DNA of 64,000 nt, taken from assembly GCA_021323675.1 (NCBI GenBank), contig JAJPKP010000071.1, positions 64,969 through 128,968 on the forward strand, in the 5' to 3' direction. The notes beneath the pieces were generated by a model. That model ran no database searches and was not told the DNA's origin. It saw only the letters and a program-made list of their open reading frames with translations. This document shows, in pieces, positions 9,504 to 19,031 of the stretch; the first letter of the stretch is position 1; each line of letters starts with the position of its first letter. The DNA comes from Pseudomonadota bacterium (GTDB lineage Bacteria > Desulfobacterota > Binatia > Binatales > Binataceae). The position numbers and the translations under genes are program-made.

Positions 9504-10259
9504 ATGAGGCTTGCGGGAAAGGTTGCGCTGATTACCGGCGCCGGCTCGGGAATGGGACGCGCAGCGGCATCGCTGTTCGCGCGCGAAGGGGCGAAGGTCG
9601 CCGCGGTCGATATAAATGAAGCATCCGCCAAGGATACCGTGGCGGCCATCGCGCGTGAGGGCGGAGAAGCGTTCGCGATGCGGGTGGACGTTTCCAACTC
9701 CGAGGACGCGCGCGCGATGTGCGACGAGACGGTGCGGCGCTTCGGCGGCCTGGACATCCAGTACAACAACGCAGGCATCGAGGGTGAAGGCGGGTTTCTC
9801 GCCCAGCTCAGCGAGGAAGCTTTTGACCGTGTAATCGCGATCAACCTGCGCGGCGTATGGCTGGGAATGAAATACGCCCTGCCCCACATGATCGAGCGCG
9901 GCGGAGGATCGATCATCAACACGGCGTCGGTCGCCGGACTGGTCGGTATCAAAGGTGCCGCGGCGTATTGCGCCGCCAAGGCGGGCGTTATCTCGCTCAC
10001 CCGCGTCGCCGCGATCGAGTACGGCCGCTACAAAATTCGCGTGAACTGCATCTGTCCGGGAGTGATCGACACTCCGATGGTGGAGCGGGTGTCGGAAGAA
10101 GGCGGCGTCACCGCGCAGGCCAACGATCGCCTCTCGGTGCTGGGGAGAATCGGCAAGCCCGAGGAGATAGCGCGAACCGCCCTGTTCCTTGCCAGCGACG
10201 AGGCGGGATTCGCCACCGGCGCTCCGTTCGTCATCGACGGCGGATGGGTCGCGCGCTGA
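9504..10259 (+). CDS. SDR family oxidoreductase
   Basis: MRLAGKVALITGAGSGMGRA. ATG 9504 is preceded by GGGAGA. Confidence 0.85.
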   Translation: MRLAGKVALITGAGSGMGRAAASLFAREGAKVAAVDINEASAKDTVAAIAREGGEAFAMRVDVSNSEDARAMCDETVRRFGGLDIQYNNAGIEGEGGFLAQLSEEAFDRVIAINLRGVWLGMKYALPHMIERGGGSIINTASVAGLVGIKGAAAYCAAKAGVISLTRVAAIEYGRYKIRVNCICPGVIDTPMVERVSEEGGVTAQANDRLSVLGRIGKPEEIARTALFLASDEAGFATGAPFVIDGGWVAR

Positions 10260-10274
10260 GCAGGAGAGACTTCG

Positions 10275-11045
10275 ATGCCCACCGCGATAAGCAGGCTTCA
10301 AGGCAAAGTTGCGATTGTAACCGGGGCCGCACAGGGGATCGGACGCGCGATTGCGATGCGGCTTGCGGCTGAGGGCGCGGCCGTCGCGATAGCCGATGTG
10401 CTGGAGGACGCGGCGGAGCGCACGGCCGCGGAAATCCGGTCTTCGGGAGCAAAGGCGATTGCCGTCGCGCTCGATGTGACGAAATTCGACGATGCGGTCC
10501 GGGCGGCGGACATGGTCGAAAAAGAACTCGGCCCTATCGACATCCTCGTGAACAACGCGGGATGGGACAAGCTCGAGCCCTTTGTGAACAGCTCGCCCGA
10601 GACCTGGGACAAGATCATCGCGATTAACTACCGCGGGGTTCTCAACTGCTGCCGCGCGATCGCGCCAAAGATGCAGGCGCGCAGCTCCGGAAAGATCGTA
10701 TCGATTGCCTCGGACGCGGGTCGCGTCGGTTCGACTGGAGAGGCGGTATACGCGGGGTGCAAAGCCGGCATCATCGGCTTTTCCAAGACGCTCGCCCGCG
10801 AGCTCGCTCGCAACCGGATCAACGTGAATGTCGTATGCCCCGGTCCGACCAAGACCGCGCTGTTGCGCGAAGCGATGGCGGGGCGCGAGGGAGTCCTGGA
10901 GGCGATGGCGAAGGGAATTCCGTTTCGGCGGCTGGGGCAGCCGGAGGACCTCGCGGGCGCGGTAGCGTTTTTGGCTTCATCCGACGCGGACTACGTGACC
11001 GGCCAGGTGCTGAGCGTGAGCGGAGGTCTCACGATGGCGGGTTAG
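10275..11045 (+). CDS. SDR family oxidoreductase (FabG-like 3-oxoacyl reductase type)
   Basis: LQGKVAIVTGAAQGIGRA with the NNAG and YxxxK motifs. AGGAGA Shine-Dalgarno. Confidence 0.85.
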   Translation: MPTAISRLQGKVAIVTGAAQGIGRAIAMRLAAEGAAVAIADVLEDAAERTAAEIRSSGAKAIAVALDVTKFDDAVRAADMVEKELGPIDILVNNAGWDKLEPFVNSSPETWDKIIAINYRGVLNCCRAIAPKMQARSSGKIVSIASDAGRVGSTGEAVYAGCKAGIIGFSKTLARELARNRINVNVVCPGPTKTALLREAMAGREGVLEAMAKGIPFRRLGQPEDLAGAVAFLASSDADYVTGQVLSVSGGLTMAG

Positions 11046-11122
11046 AGCGGCTCGCCTTGATCGCCGGCGATGCCTGAACTATCGTTCAGAACGTCAGCTT
11101 TGATAAACGGAGCGTTGTCCGC

Positions 11123-11863
11123 ATGGCCGCAGGCGAATCCTACACCGCACTCAAATTTTCCGGACCCGATGGGCTGCCCGCGGAGTACAAGGATCTGCTG
11201 GTCCGGATGCTGTCGATCCAGTCGCGCATCGAGTCCGAATATATGCTGGCGCCGGAGCGCACTCTGATGAAGCCGCTCGCGATGGCGCCGACCGCGGAGG
11301 ACAAGGCCGAGTACGCGGCGTTCTGGTCCGACGAGGTCCGCCATGCCAGCTACTGGATGAAGCTGCTCGAAGACCTTGGGGTTCACGTCGATGACGCCTT
11401 CATGGCGACACCGATGCCTATCTACATCTTCGAGATGCGCGATCGGGCGGAGGATTGGATCGAGTACGGCCTGTTCAGCTTTTTCGCGGACCGCCAGGGC
11501 GCGTACATGGGTTACGAGTGGGTGGGATGCTCGTACGAACCGCTCGCGCGGATCGCGGACCGCGTGCATAAGGAAGAACTGGGGCACGCCGCGTTCGGCT
11601 ACAAGCTGCTGCGGCGCAATCTGCAGCGCGACCCCGAGCACGGCCGTGAAAAGCTCATCCACTATCTGAAGAAGTGGTACCCGGCGGGGCTGGATATGTT
11701 CGGCAAGTCGGGATCGAAGCGCCAGCACGAGTTCATGCGATGGGGACTCAGGCGGCGCACCAACGAGCAGATGCGCGAAGAGTTTGAAGAGGAAGTGAAC
11801 GCACTTCTCGATCGCCTCGAAGTTCCGATTCCGGATGCGACCGCGGGCCGCCGCTTCCTGTAG
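11123..11863 (+). CDS. ferritin-like diiron protein of the phenylacetate-CoA oxygenase PaaA/PaaC family (short form)
   Basis: Two E-x2-H diiron motifs (DEVRH and KEELGH) positioned as in PaaA, but only 246 aa, and no paaBDE partner genes nearby. Confidence 0.6.
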   Translation: MAAGESYTALKFSGPDGLPAEYKDLLVRMLSIQSRIESEYMLAPERTLMKPLAMAPTAEDKAEYAAFWSDEVRHASYWMKLLEDLGVHVDDAFMATPMPIYIFEMRDRAEDWIEYGLFSFFADRQGAYMGYEWVGCSYEPLARIADRVHKEELGHAAFGYKLLRRNLQRDPEHGREKLIHYLKKWYPAGLDMFGKSGSKRQHEFMRWGLRRRTNEQMREEFEEEVNALLDRLEVPIPDATAGRRFL

Positions 11864-11914
11864 CACAGCCTTGAGCCGGGCCATCGCGCCCGGTTGCCCG
11901 GGGAGGAAAGCACC

Positions 11915-12580
11915 TTGAAGAAGTCAGCAGCCGAGCCGCTTGTTCCGCGGCGAATCGCGAAAGTCAAATCCGCCGCCCGGCAGCCAAGTCCGGACGAGCG
12001 CTACGATGCGAACATCGATCATATCCTGCGCGCGGCGGCGGCGGTCTTCGCGGAGAAGAGCTTCGGGCTCGCATCGATAAGAGACATCGCCGCCCACGCG
12101 CACATCTCCTTTCCGCGCATCTATTACTACCTGCGCAACAAGGAGGAATTGCTTTATCTCATCTCGCGCCGCGCATTCGAGGAATTGCTGAGGCGCGCGG
12201 ACGAAGCGGCGCGCGGCGCTCCCGATGCCGCCGCGCGGCTGCGCAAATTTATCGCAGGCCATCTCGAATACCACATGGACAATCTCGCCGAGATGAAGGT
12301 GCTGGTGCGCGAGGCCGACTCGCTCTCCGGGCGCTACTCGGCCGACATCGCGCGGCTCAAGCGCGACTACTCGCGGCTGTGCCGCAGGATAATCGAGCAA
12401 TTCGCGGAAGAAAGCGGCCATACGCTGGATCGCGAGCGAAGCCGAATTCTGACGTCGCTTCTGTTCGGGTCGATGAACTGGTTTTACACCTGGTACGAAC
12501 CGTCGCGCGATTACGAGCAGCGCTCGCGCATCATGGACGAAGTTTTTCGGATGGTCGCCGGATCGATAGCGGAGCACTAG
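11915..12580 (+). CDS. TetR/AcrR family transcriptional regulator
   Basis: N-terminal HTH (FAEKSFGLASIRDIAAHAHISFPRIYYYLRNKEEL). Start taken as TTG 11915 with a GGGAGG Shine-Dalgarno 8 nt upstream; the ORF could alternatively begin at TTG 11894. Confidence 0.75.
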   Translation: MKKSAAEPLVPRRIAKVKSAARQPSPDERYDANIDHILRAAAAVFAEKSFGLASIRDIAAHAHISFPRIYYYLRNKEELLYLISRRAFEELLRRADEAARGAPDAAARLRKFIAGHLEYHMDNLAEMKVLVREADSLSGRYSADIARLKRDYSRLCRRIIEQFAEESGHTLDRERSRILTSLLFGSMNWFYTWYEPSRDYEQRSRIMDEVFRMVAGSIAEH

Positions 12581-12586
12581 CGCCGA

Positions 12587-14254
12587 ATGATCGACGGCTG
12601 CACGCCATATCCCGCGGAATTTCGCGATCGCTACATTCGCGATGGATATTGGCGCGCCGAGACCATCTTCGATGCGGTGGCGGATTCGGCGCGCCGCAAT
12701 AACGATCGGCTCGCCGTAGTCGATTCGCACCGCTCTTTGACCTTCGGACAACTGCTGGAGGAATCGCGAAGGTTTCGCGCGACGATGGCGGCATGCGGCC
12801 TGAGCCGCGGCGACCGGGTGATAATCCAGCTCCCCAATTGCGCGGAATTTGCGAGCCTGACGCTGGCCTGCTTTGAACTGGGCGTCATTCCAGTGATGGC
12901 GCTGCCGGCGCTCCGGCGCGCGGAACTCGAGCATCTGGCTAAGCTTTCGGCGGCGAAGGCCATCGCGATCGTGCCCGAGTATCGAGGCTTCGATCATGCG
13001 GGTCTGGCGCGCGAGTTGATGCGCGATTGCCCCTCTTTGGAGCGCATCTTCAGCGTTTCCGCGGCGCCGGGATGCGTGGAGCTGGGCGGCGCTCCTTCGG
13101 CGCATGCGCCCGCAAGGGTTGCAGGCGGCGATGCGTTCGCGGCAGCCCTTTTCCTGCTGTCCGGCGGAACGACGGGGCTTCCCAAGCTGATTCCGCGAAC
13201 CCACGCCGATTACCTGTACAACGCGCGGGCGGCATCGGAGGTCTGCGGGCTCGACGGGTCGAGCAGAATTCTGATTGCGCTTCCGGCCGAACATAATTTT
13301 CCACTGGCGTGCCCCGGAATGATCGGCGCGATGCTGACGGGAGCGGCGACGGTGTTTGCGCAATCGACGCGGGCGGCCGACCTCGCGGCAACGATCGCGC
13401 GCGAGCGCATCACGCACTTCCCATGCGTGCCCGCCCTGGCGATCGCGCTGTTGGAGCTGCCGGAGCGCGACCGCGAACAACTCGCGCCGCTGCGGGTGAT
13501 AACCGTCGGCGGCCAGCGCCTTCAGGAACCCACGGCGCGCGCGCTCAAGCTTGCCTGCCCCTGGCTCACGGTCCAGCAGGTGTTCGGAATGGCGGAAGGC
13601 CTGCTTTGTTACACTCGTCTTGACGATCCGGAAGATATCGCGTGCACGACGCAGGGCCGTCCTCTTTCGCCCGGCGATGAAATCCGCATCGTCGATGCGT
13701 TCGGCCGCGATGTCCCACAGGGCGAACCAGGCGAGCTGTGGTGCCGCGGACCTTACACTATTCGCGGCTACTATCGAGCGCCCGAGGTTAACCGCGATGC
13801 GTTCAGTGCGGACGGTTTCTACCGCACCGGCGATATCGTGCGCATGACGCCTTCGGGCAACATCACCGTCGAAGGGCGCATCAAGGATCAGATAAATCGG
13901 GGCGGCGAGAAAATCAGCGCCGAAGAAGTCGAATCGCACCTGATCGCGCATCCGGCGGTTTCGTCCGCCGCGGTGGTGGCAATGCCCGATCGCACGCTCG
14001 GCGAGCGCGCCTGCGCGTACGTAACGCTGCGGCCGGGCGCGGCCCTCACCCTGGACGCGATTCGCGAGTATTTGTTGAGCCGCGGCCTGGCGCGCTTCAA
14101 ATGGCCGGAACGCCTTGAGATCATCGACGCGATGCCGCTGACGAACGTGGGAAAGATCAAGAAGGCCGAGCTTCGACGCGACCTCGAGACTCGGCTGGAT
14201 GTCGAGGAGCAGGCCGGGCGGCGCCGCGACGCGCGCGACGAGAAGCGCGCGTAG
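12587..14254 (+). CDS. aryl-acid adenylating enzyme, DhbE/EntE-like ((2,3-dihydroxybenzoyl)adenylate synthase family)
   Basis: Close sequence match to DhbE/EntE throughout (YIRDGYWRAET, GGTTGLPKLIPRTHADYLYN, QQVFGMAEGL, YRTGDIVR, GGEKISAEEVE). No aryl-carrier-protein gene is adjacent. Confidence 0.85.
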   Translation: MIDGCTPYPAEFRDRYIRDGYWRAETIFDAVADSARRNNDRLAVVDSHRSLTFGQLLEESRRFRATMAACGLSRGDRVIIQLPNCAEFASLTLACFELGVIPVMALPALRRAELEHLAKLSAAKAIAIVPEYRGFDHAGLARELMRDCPSLERIFSVSAAPGCVELGGAPSAHAPARVAGGDAFAAALFLLSGGTTGLPKLIPRTHADYLYNARAASEVCGLDGSSRILIALPAEHNFPLACPGMIGAMLTGAATVFAQSTRAADLAATIARERITHFPCVPALAIALLELPERDREQLAPLRVITVGGQRLQEPTARALKLACPWLTVQQVFGMAEGLLCYTRLDDPEDIACTTQGRPLSPGDEIRIVDAFGRDVPQGEPGELWCRGPYTIRGYYRAPEVNRDAFSADGFYRTGDIVRMTPSGNITVEGRIKDQINRGGEKISAEEVESHLIAHPAVSSAAVVAMPDRTLGERACAYVTLRPGAALTLDAIREYLLSRGLARFKWPERLEIIDAMPLTNVGKIKKAELRRDLETRLDVEEQAGRRRDARDEKRA

Positions 14255-14284
14255 CCGCAATTCGAACTATCGGGAGAGACGGCA

Positions 14285-14986
14285 GTGGATGTGCAAAAAG
14301 GACTTCGCGAGCTTGATGGATTGATCCGGCGGCTGGAGCGCAACAATCGCACCCTGAAATCGCATCCGACCATCGAGAAGATCGAACGCGGCGAGCTGAC
14401 GATGCCGCAGTTGCGGCATTGGGCCACTCAACTCTTCGTCGGCAACAAAGGCCACAACGCGAAGATCCTCGGGCTCATCTACGCCAAATGCGACGATTTC
14501 CCCGCGCGCAAGGCGATCGTCGAAAACCTGATCGAAGAGGAACTCGGCCGCGTCTCAGGCGTCAACCGGTCGCATCCCGAACTCTACCTCGAATTCGGCG
14601 AAGCCATCGGCATTCCGCGCGACGCGCTTCTGCACGCGGCGATGACGCCCGATGCGACAGCGATGATGCATTGGATGTACTGGCTGGCCGATTCGAAGCC
14701 CTGGTACGTGACGCTGGCGGGCATCAGCCTGGGATCGGAGTTGTTCAATCCCGATGCCTATGTTCGGGTGATCGACGGGCTCAAGCGTCATTACCATCTT
14801 TCGGATGACGCCCTGCTCTTCTTCTCGGTTCACGTGAAGGTGGACAAGGATCACGGCGATTCGAGCGCCGGCTCGATCTTCCGTGCGATCCCGGAAAGCG
14901 CCGCCGCCGAGACACTGTGGGCGGTGGAGACGCACATCGAGTTCATGCGCCGCCTCTGGTCGGATATCGACCCGCCCGCCGCGTAG
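14285..14986 (+). CDS. CADD/PqqC/TenA-like haem-oxygenase-like diiron oxidase (HDO) family protein
   Basis: Alignable to the chlamydial CADD protein: KCDDFPARKAIVENLIEEELG...SHPELY and H-x3-D-x2-H (HVKVDKDH) supply the six metal ligands. GTG start with a GGGAGA Shine-Dalgarno. Confidence 0.7.
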   Translation: MDVQKGLRELDGLIRRLERNNRTLKSHPTIEKIERGELTMPQLRHWATQLFVGNKGHNAKILGLIYAKCDDFPARKAIVENLIEEELGRVSGVNRSHPELYLEFGEAIGIPRDALLHAAMTPDATAMMHWMYWLADSKPWYVTLAGISLGSELFNPDAYVRVIDGLKRHYHLSDDALLFFSVHVKVDKDHGDSSAGSIFRAIPESAAAETLWAVETHIEFMRRLWSDIDPPAA

Positions 14987-15059
14987 TCGGGAAGATTCAA
15001 ACGCGGCAGGCGCCTGCCGCCCGAACGTAGCAATCGCGCTCGCGAGGAAAGGCGAGCGG

Positions 15060-16142
15060 CTACGGCCGCTTGAGGTCCTGGATGATCTCCTTGAGCACGC
15101 CGCGGTCGTGATCGTTGCGGACCGGCATATCGAAGCTGAGACGATTCACGCCGGCGAACCGCTTTTTGATCCTCGCGGCGATTTCATCGTAGGTGCCGAC
15201 TGCGGCGAACGCATGGACCATCTCTTCGCTGACCAGCTTCGCCATCTCGCGCCATCTCTGCTGGACTGAAAGCTTGTGCAGCTCCTCGGCGGTATCGGCC
15301 CATCCATCGAGCTCGAAACTGGAACGGTACGAGCGGGTGGAACCATAGAACGCGATGGTCGCTTTCATGTTCTCGACGCCGCGGGCAACCGCGTCCTTGT
15401 CCTTGCCGGCTATCAGGAACCCGCCGCCGCCGATCTGAAACTGGTCCCATTCTGAAGCGGGCCGGCCGGACTTCTCGAAGCCCTTTTTGAGGTTGGGAAA
15501 CGCGATCTGGTCGAGATATTTGCGCGTTACGATTCCGTGCAGGCGGACGCCATCGCACACCTCGCCGGCAACCTGCAGCATCCGTTCCTGCACGGCGGCA
15601 ATCAGCACGGGGATATGCGGATGCGCCTGCGGGGGCGGCGAAAAGTTCGGCGTCATCAGCGAGATATTGTAGTGCTCGCTGCGAAAGTTGAGCGGCTCGC
15701 CCGTCTGCCACGTGCGCCAGCACGCGCGCATCGCGCCGACATAGTCTTTCATCCGCTGCGCAGGCTTCGACCACGGCATCCCGAATCTGCGCGTGACATG
15801 GCCCTTCACCTGTGATCCGAGACCCAGGACCAGCCGTCCACCGCTCATTCGTTGCAGGTCCCAGGCAGTGTAAGCGGTGGCGACGGGGCTCTTGGTGAAG
15901 CAGAGGGCGATTCCGGTTCCCAGCTCGATCTTCGCGGGCTCCTGCGCGGCGATCGCAAGCGCAAGGTAGGGATCGTGCTGGGTTTCAACCGCGATAGCGG
16001 TGTCGTATCCCAGCGACTCGGCATCGCGCACCTGGTCTCTCAGCGTTGACCAGGTGGGCTCGGGCCGCTTGCCCTCCTGCTGCATGTCGGGCGAGTAGGG
16101 AGTTCCGAAATGAAGTCCGCGTTCTACCTTGATGGTGGCCAT
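15060..16142 (-). CDS. LLM-class (luciferase-like) flavin/F420-dependent oxidoreductase
   Basis: Luciferase-like monooxygenase fold similarity. Start ambiguous between TTG 16178 and ATG 16142. Confidence 0.75.
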   Translation of the reverse strand: MATIKVERGLHFGTPYSPDMQQEGKRPEPTWSTLRDQVRDAESLGYDTAIAVETQHDPYLALAIAAQEPAKIELGTGIALCFTKSPVATAYTAWDLQRMSGGRLVLGLGSQVKGHVTRRFGMPWSKPAQRMKDYVGAMRACWRTWQTGEPLNFRSEHYNISLMTPNFSPPPQAHPHIPVLIAAVQERMLQVAGEVCDGVRLHGIVTRKYLDQIAFPNLKKGFEKSGRPASEWDQFQIGGGGFLIAGKDKDAVARGVENMKATIAFYGSTRSYRSSFELDGWADTAEELHKLSVQQRWREMAKLVSEEMVHAFAAVGTYDEIAARIKKRFAGVNRLSFDMPVRNDHDRGVLKEIIQDLKRP

Positions 16143-16208
16143 GCGCCGTTTATCTCGTTGCGCAGGCAATGATGTCAAGCGCGCATGGCAGAGAATATCG
16201 CGCCCGGT

Positions 16209-17456
16209 CTATGCGATTGCGATCCCGGGGGCCGGAAAGCCGCGGCACATCTCGCTGACCTCCGCGGCGATCCGCTTGAGGGCAGCTTCGTCATCCGCGC
16301 GCGCGATCGCATCGTCCATCCAGCCGGCAATCCGCTTCATCTCGGCTTCCTTCATCCCGCGCGAAGTCACCGCGGGAGTGCCGAGCCTGATGCCGCTGGG
16401 GCTGAAGGGTTTGCGCGGGTCGTAGGGAACGGTGTTGAAATTGCAGATGATCGCGGCGGTTTCGAGCGCCTTGGCGCCCTTCTTTCCGATCACGCCCTTG
16501 TTGGTTAGGTCGACCAGCACCAGATGATTGTCGGTGCCGCCTGAGATCACGCGGAAACCGCGCGCCATCAGCTCCTCGGCGAGCGCCTTTGCATTGGCGA
16601 CCACCTGGCGCGCGTAGGCCTTGAACTCCGGCGTCGCGGCCTCCTTGAGCGCGACTCCGATTGCGGCCGTGGTGTGATTGTGCGGGCCTCCCTGGAGCCC
16701 GGGGAAAACGGCCCGGTCGATTTTGTCGGCCAATTCAGCCTTGCACATGATCATCGCCCCGCGCGGGCCGCGCAGCGTCTTGTGCGTGGTGGTCATGATC
16801 ACGTCGGCGTGAGGGGCGGGATCCGGATGAACCCCGCCGACAATCAGGCCCGCGACGTGGGAGATGTCGGCCAACAGGTAAGCGCCCGCCTCTTTCGCGA
16901 TTTCGCCGAAGAGCTTGAAGTTGAGCTCCCGAGGATATGCGGTAGTGCCGGCGATTATGATTTTCGGACGTTCCTTGAGAGCCAGATCGCGGAGCGCATC
17001 GTAGTCGATTCGATGCGTCTCGCGGTCCACGATGTAAGGCACGGTGGTCCAAAGGCTGCCCGAGAGCGTGACGCCCCAGCCGTGGCTCAGATGGCCGCCG
17101 TGAGGCAGCGACAGACCCATCAGCTTTTCGCCCGGCTTCGCGAGCGCGTAGTAAACGGCAAGATTTGCGGGAGAGCCCGAGTACGGCTGCACGTTGGCAT
17201 GATCGACCCCGAACAGCTTTCGTGCGCGATCGACCACGATGCTTTCGACCTGATCGATGTACCGCTGGCCCTCGTAGTAGCGGCGCCCGGGATAGCCTTC
17301 GGAATACTTGTTGGTGAGGACCGAGCCAGTCGCCTCGAGTACCGCCTTCGAAACGTAATTTTCGGACGGTATCAGCCGCACGGTCTCGAGTTCGTACCGT
17401 TCTTCCTGGCGAATTATGTCGTAAAGTTCGGGGTCAGTTCGCTTTAGTTCGTCCAC
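16209..17456 (-). CDS. glyA: serine hydroxymethyltransferase
   Basis: Full SHMT similarity (RLIPSENYVS, PLP-binding region). Start chosen as GTG 17456 (VDELKRTDPELYD...), which has a GGGAGG Shine-Dalgarno 7 nt upstream, rather than the ORF-track GTG 17477. Confidence 0.9.
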   Translation of the reverse strand: MDELKRTDPELYDIIRQEERYELETVRLIPSENYVSKAVLEATGSVLTNKYSEGYPGRRYYEGQRYIDQVESIVVDRARKLFGVDHANVQPYSGSPANLAVYYALAKPGEKLMGLSLPHGGHLSHGWGVTLSGSLWTTVPYIVDRETHRIDYDALRDLALKERPKIIIAGTTAYPRELNFKLFGEIAKEAGAYLLADISHVAGLIVGGVHPDPAPHADVIMTTTHKTLRGPRGAMIMCKAELADKIDRAVFPGLQGGPHNHTTAAIGVALKEAATPEFKAYARQVVANAKALAEELMARGFRVISGGTDNHLVLVDLTNKGVIGKKGAKALETAAIICNFNTVPYDPRKPFSPSGIRLGTPAVTSRGMKEAEMKRIAGWMDDAIARADDEAALKRIAAEVSEMCRGFPAPGIAIA

Positions 17457-17559
17457 ACCCGCACCTCCCGGAGACACTCAAGCCTATAGACCGGTGCATC
17501 CTGAGGCAAAACCTACGGGCGCATCGCGCGAGGAGCAACAGTTGCTCTATGGGCCAGGC

Positions 17560-18921
17560 TTACTGGAGATCGGGAGGGGTGACCTTGGCAATCCACTCGC
17601 GGAAACTGCCGGTGTAGCCGACGGACTGCTGCCGATCGCGAACCCGGCGGACGATACCTTCGACCTGGTCGGCCGAGAGCTTGGGCCGCGCATCAACCAG
17701 CGACGCGATCTTTTCGCCCTCGGCATGCGCCTCTTTGCGCGCTCCATCAGCAATCGGTATCTGTTCGCCGCTAAGACCCAGGTATGCCTCGGCAACCCGG
17801 ATACCGACCTCGGTTCCGCTCTCGAGCGAGTCCTTGATGTTGCCTTTGCCGGTCAGAACGTTGCCCGCGGCAAACACCGCCGTGGGTCCGTCGATCAGCA
17901 AGCCGGCTTTTTCGTCGGCGTACCTGTAGGTCTCGCCCTTCTGCGGAATTCCGGGGATCGGCTCGGGAATACTGCCGATCGAGCTGATCGTAAGGGGCGC
18001 TCGCACCGTTTCGACCCGGTTGGGGAGAATCCGCACCTGGCCATCGGAGACTTCGGTGACGCTGAACTGAACCCCCACCATCCTGCCCTCTTCGACCACG
18101 ATACCGGTGGGGGCGCGCAATTCCTGAAACTCGAACAGGAACTTGCGCATCGCTTTTTCCAGGATCTTGGTCCGGGCCATCCGCAGGCTTTCAACGCGTT
18201 TCGCGGGCGCGTCCGGCGGAATATCGGACAGGGGCATGTCGAGCACCCGCCGGCGGTAGAAGAGCTTGCAGGGGGCGATACCCAGGTCCGCCCAGGTGAG
18301 ATTGTGGCCCTGCAGCACGGCGTCGATTCCCTCGCGCTCGAGCCGCACCATTTCTTCGCGGATGCCGCGGGCGGCCAGAGTCCTCTGCGCCATCTCGATT
18401 TGCAGGACCTTGACCACGTCGATCGACGCGAGCCCGCCGCCGACGACGATGGCTCCCGGCTTCAGGTCGTAGCGCGGACCTTTGTAGCCTTGCTCCTGGT
18501 AGTGATTGAACCAGTAGATGAGCGCGTTCTGGTAAATCAGGCCCTTGTCGACGAACTGATCGGCGCCCTCGACGGGCAAGGGGCGGTCGCGCCATGCGCC
18601 GTGCGTGAGCACGATCGCGTTAAGGCCCCATCCGGTGCGCAAAGTTTCGAAGTCGATATCGCGGCCCAACCTGGTAAGAGGGACGAAGGCAACGTTGGGA
18701 TGGTCGAGGCGGCGATTAATCTCCTCGTATTCGTCCTTGCGCTGCTTTACATGCCATCGCGGCAGACCGTCCTCGATCTTGCCGTAGGGTCGCGGATTCT
18801 GCTCGAACACGATCACCAAGGCGCCGCGTTCGGCGAGAATACGGGCAATCTCGGAGCCTGCGGTCGCCGCTCCGATGACCGCGACGATGTGTCGCGCGGC
18901 AACTTTGTCCGGTTCAGCCAT
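17560..18921 (-). CDS. FAD/NAD(P)-binding oxidoreductase (two-dinucleotide-binding-domain flavoprotein; function unknown)
   Basis: N-terminal Rossmann motif IVAVIGAATAGSEIA and a second GxGxxG region (IVVGGGLASIDV), 453 aa. Confidence 0.6.
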   Translation of the reverse strand: MAEPDKVAARHIVAVIGAATAGSEIARILAERGALVIVFEQNPRPYGKIEDGLPRWHVKQRKDEYEEINRRLDHPNVAFVPLTRLGRDIDFETLRTGWGLNAIVLTHGAWRDRPLPVEGADQFVDKGLIYQNALIYWFNHYQEQGYKGPRYDLKPGAIVVGGGLASIDVVKVLQIEMAQRTLAARGIREEMVRLEREGIDAVLQGHNLTWADLGIAPCKLFYRRRVLDMPLSDIPPDAPAKRVESLRMARTKILEKAMRKFLFEFQELRAPTGIVVEEGRMVGVQFSVTEVSDGQVRILPNRVETVRAPLTISSIGSIPEPIPGIPQKGETYRYADEKAGLLIDGPTAVFAAGNVLTGKGNIKDSLESGTEVGIRVAEAYLGLSGEQIPIADGARKEAHAEGEKIASLVDARPKLSADQVEGIVRRVRDRQQSVGYTGSFREWIAKVTPPDLQ

Positions 18922-19031
18922 AGGGGAATATTTGATTACCGTCTCGTCGCTCGGGGTGCAATCGCCCGCGAGGGTAGTTTATCTTGCGCGTGCGAGCCGG
19001 GCGTGGTTTGCTATTCGGTGACTTTGGAGCG

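Noticed and set aside
11924-14260. 778-aa minus-strand ORF
   Set aside because: Antisense to the TetR and DhbE-like adenylase genes, which have strong homology. Composition artefact.
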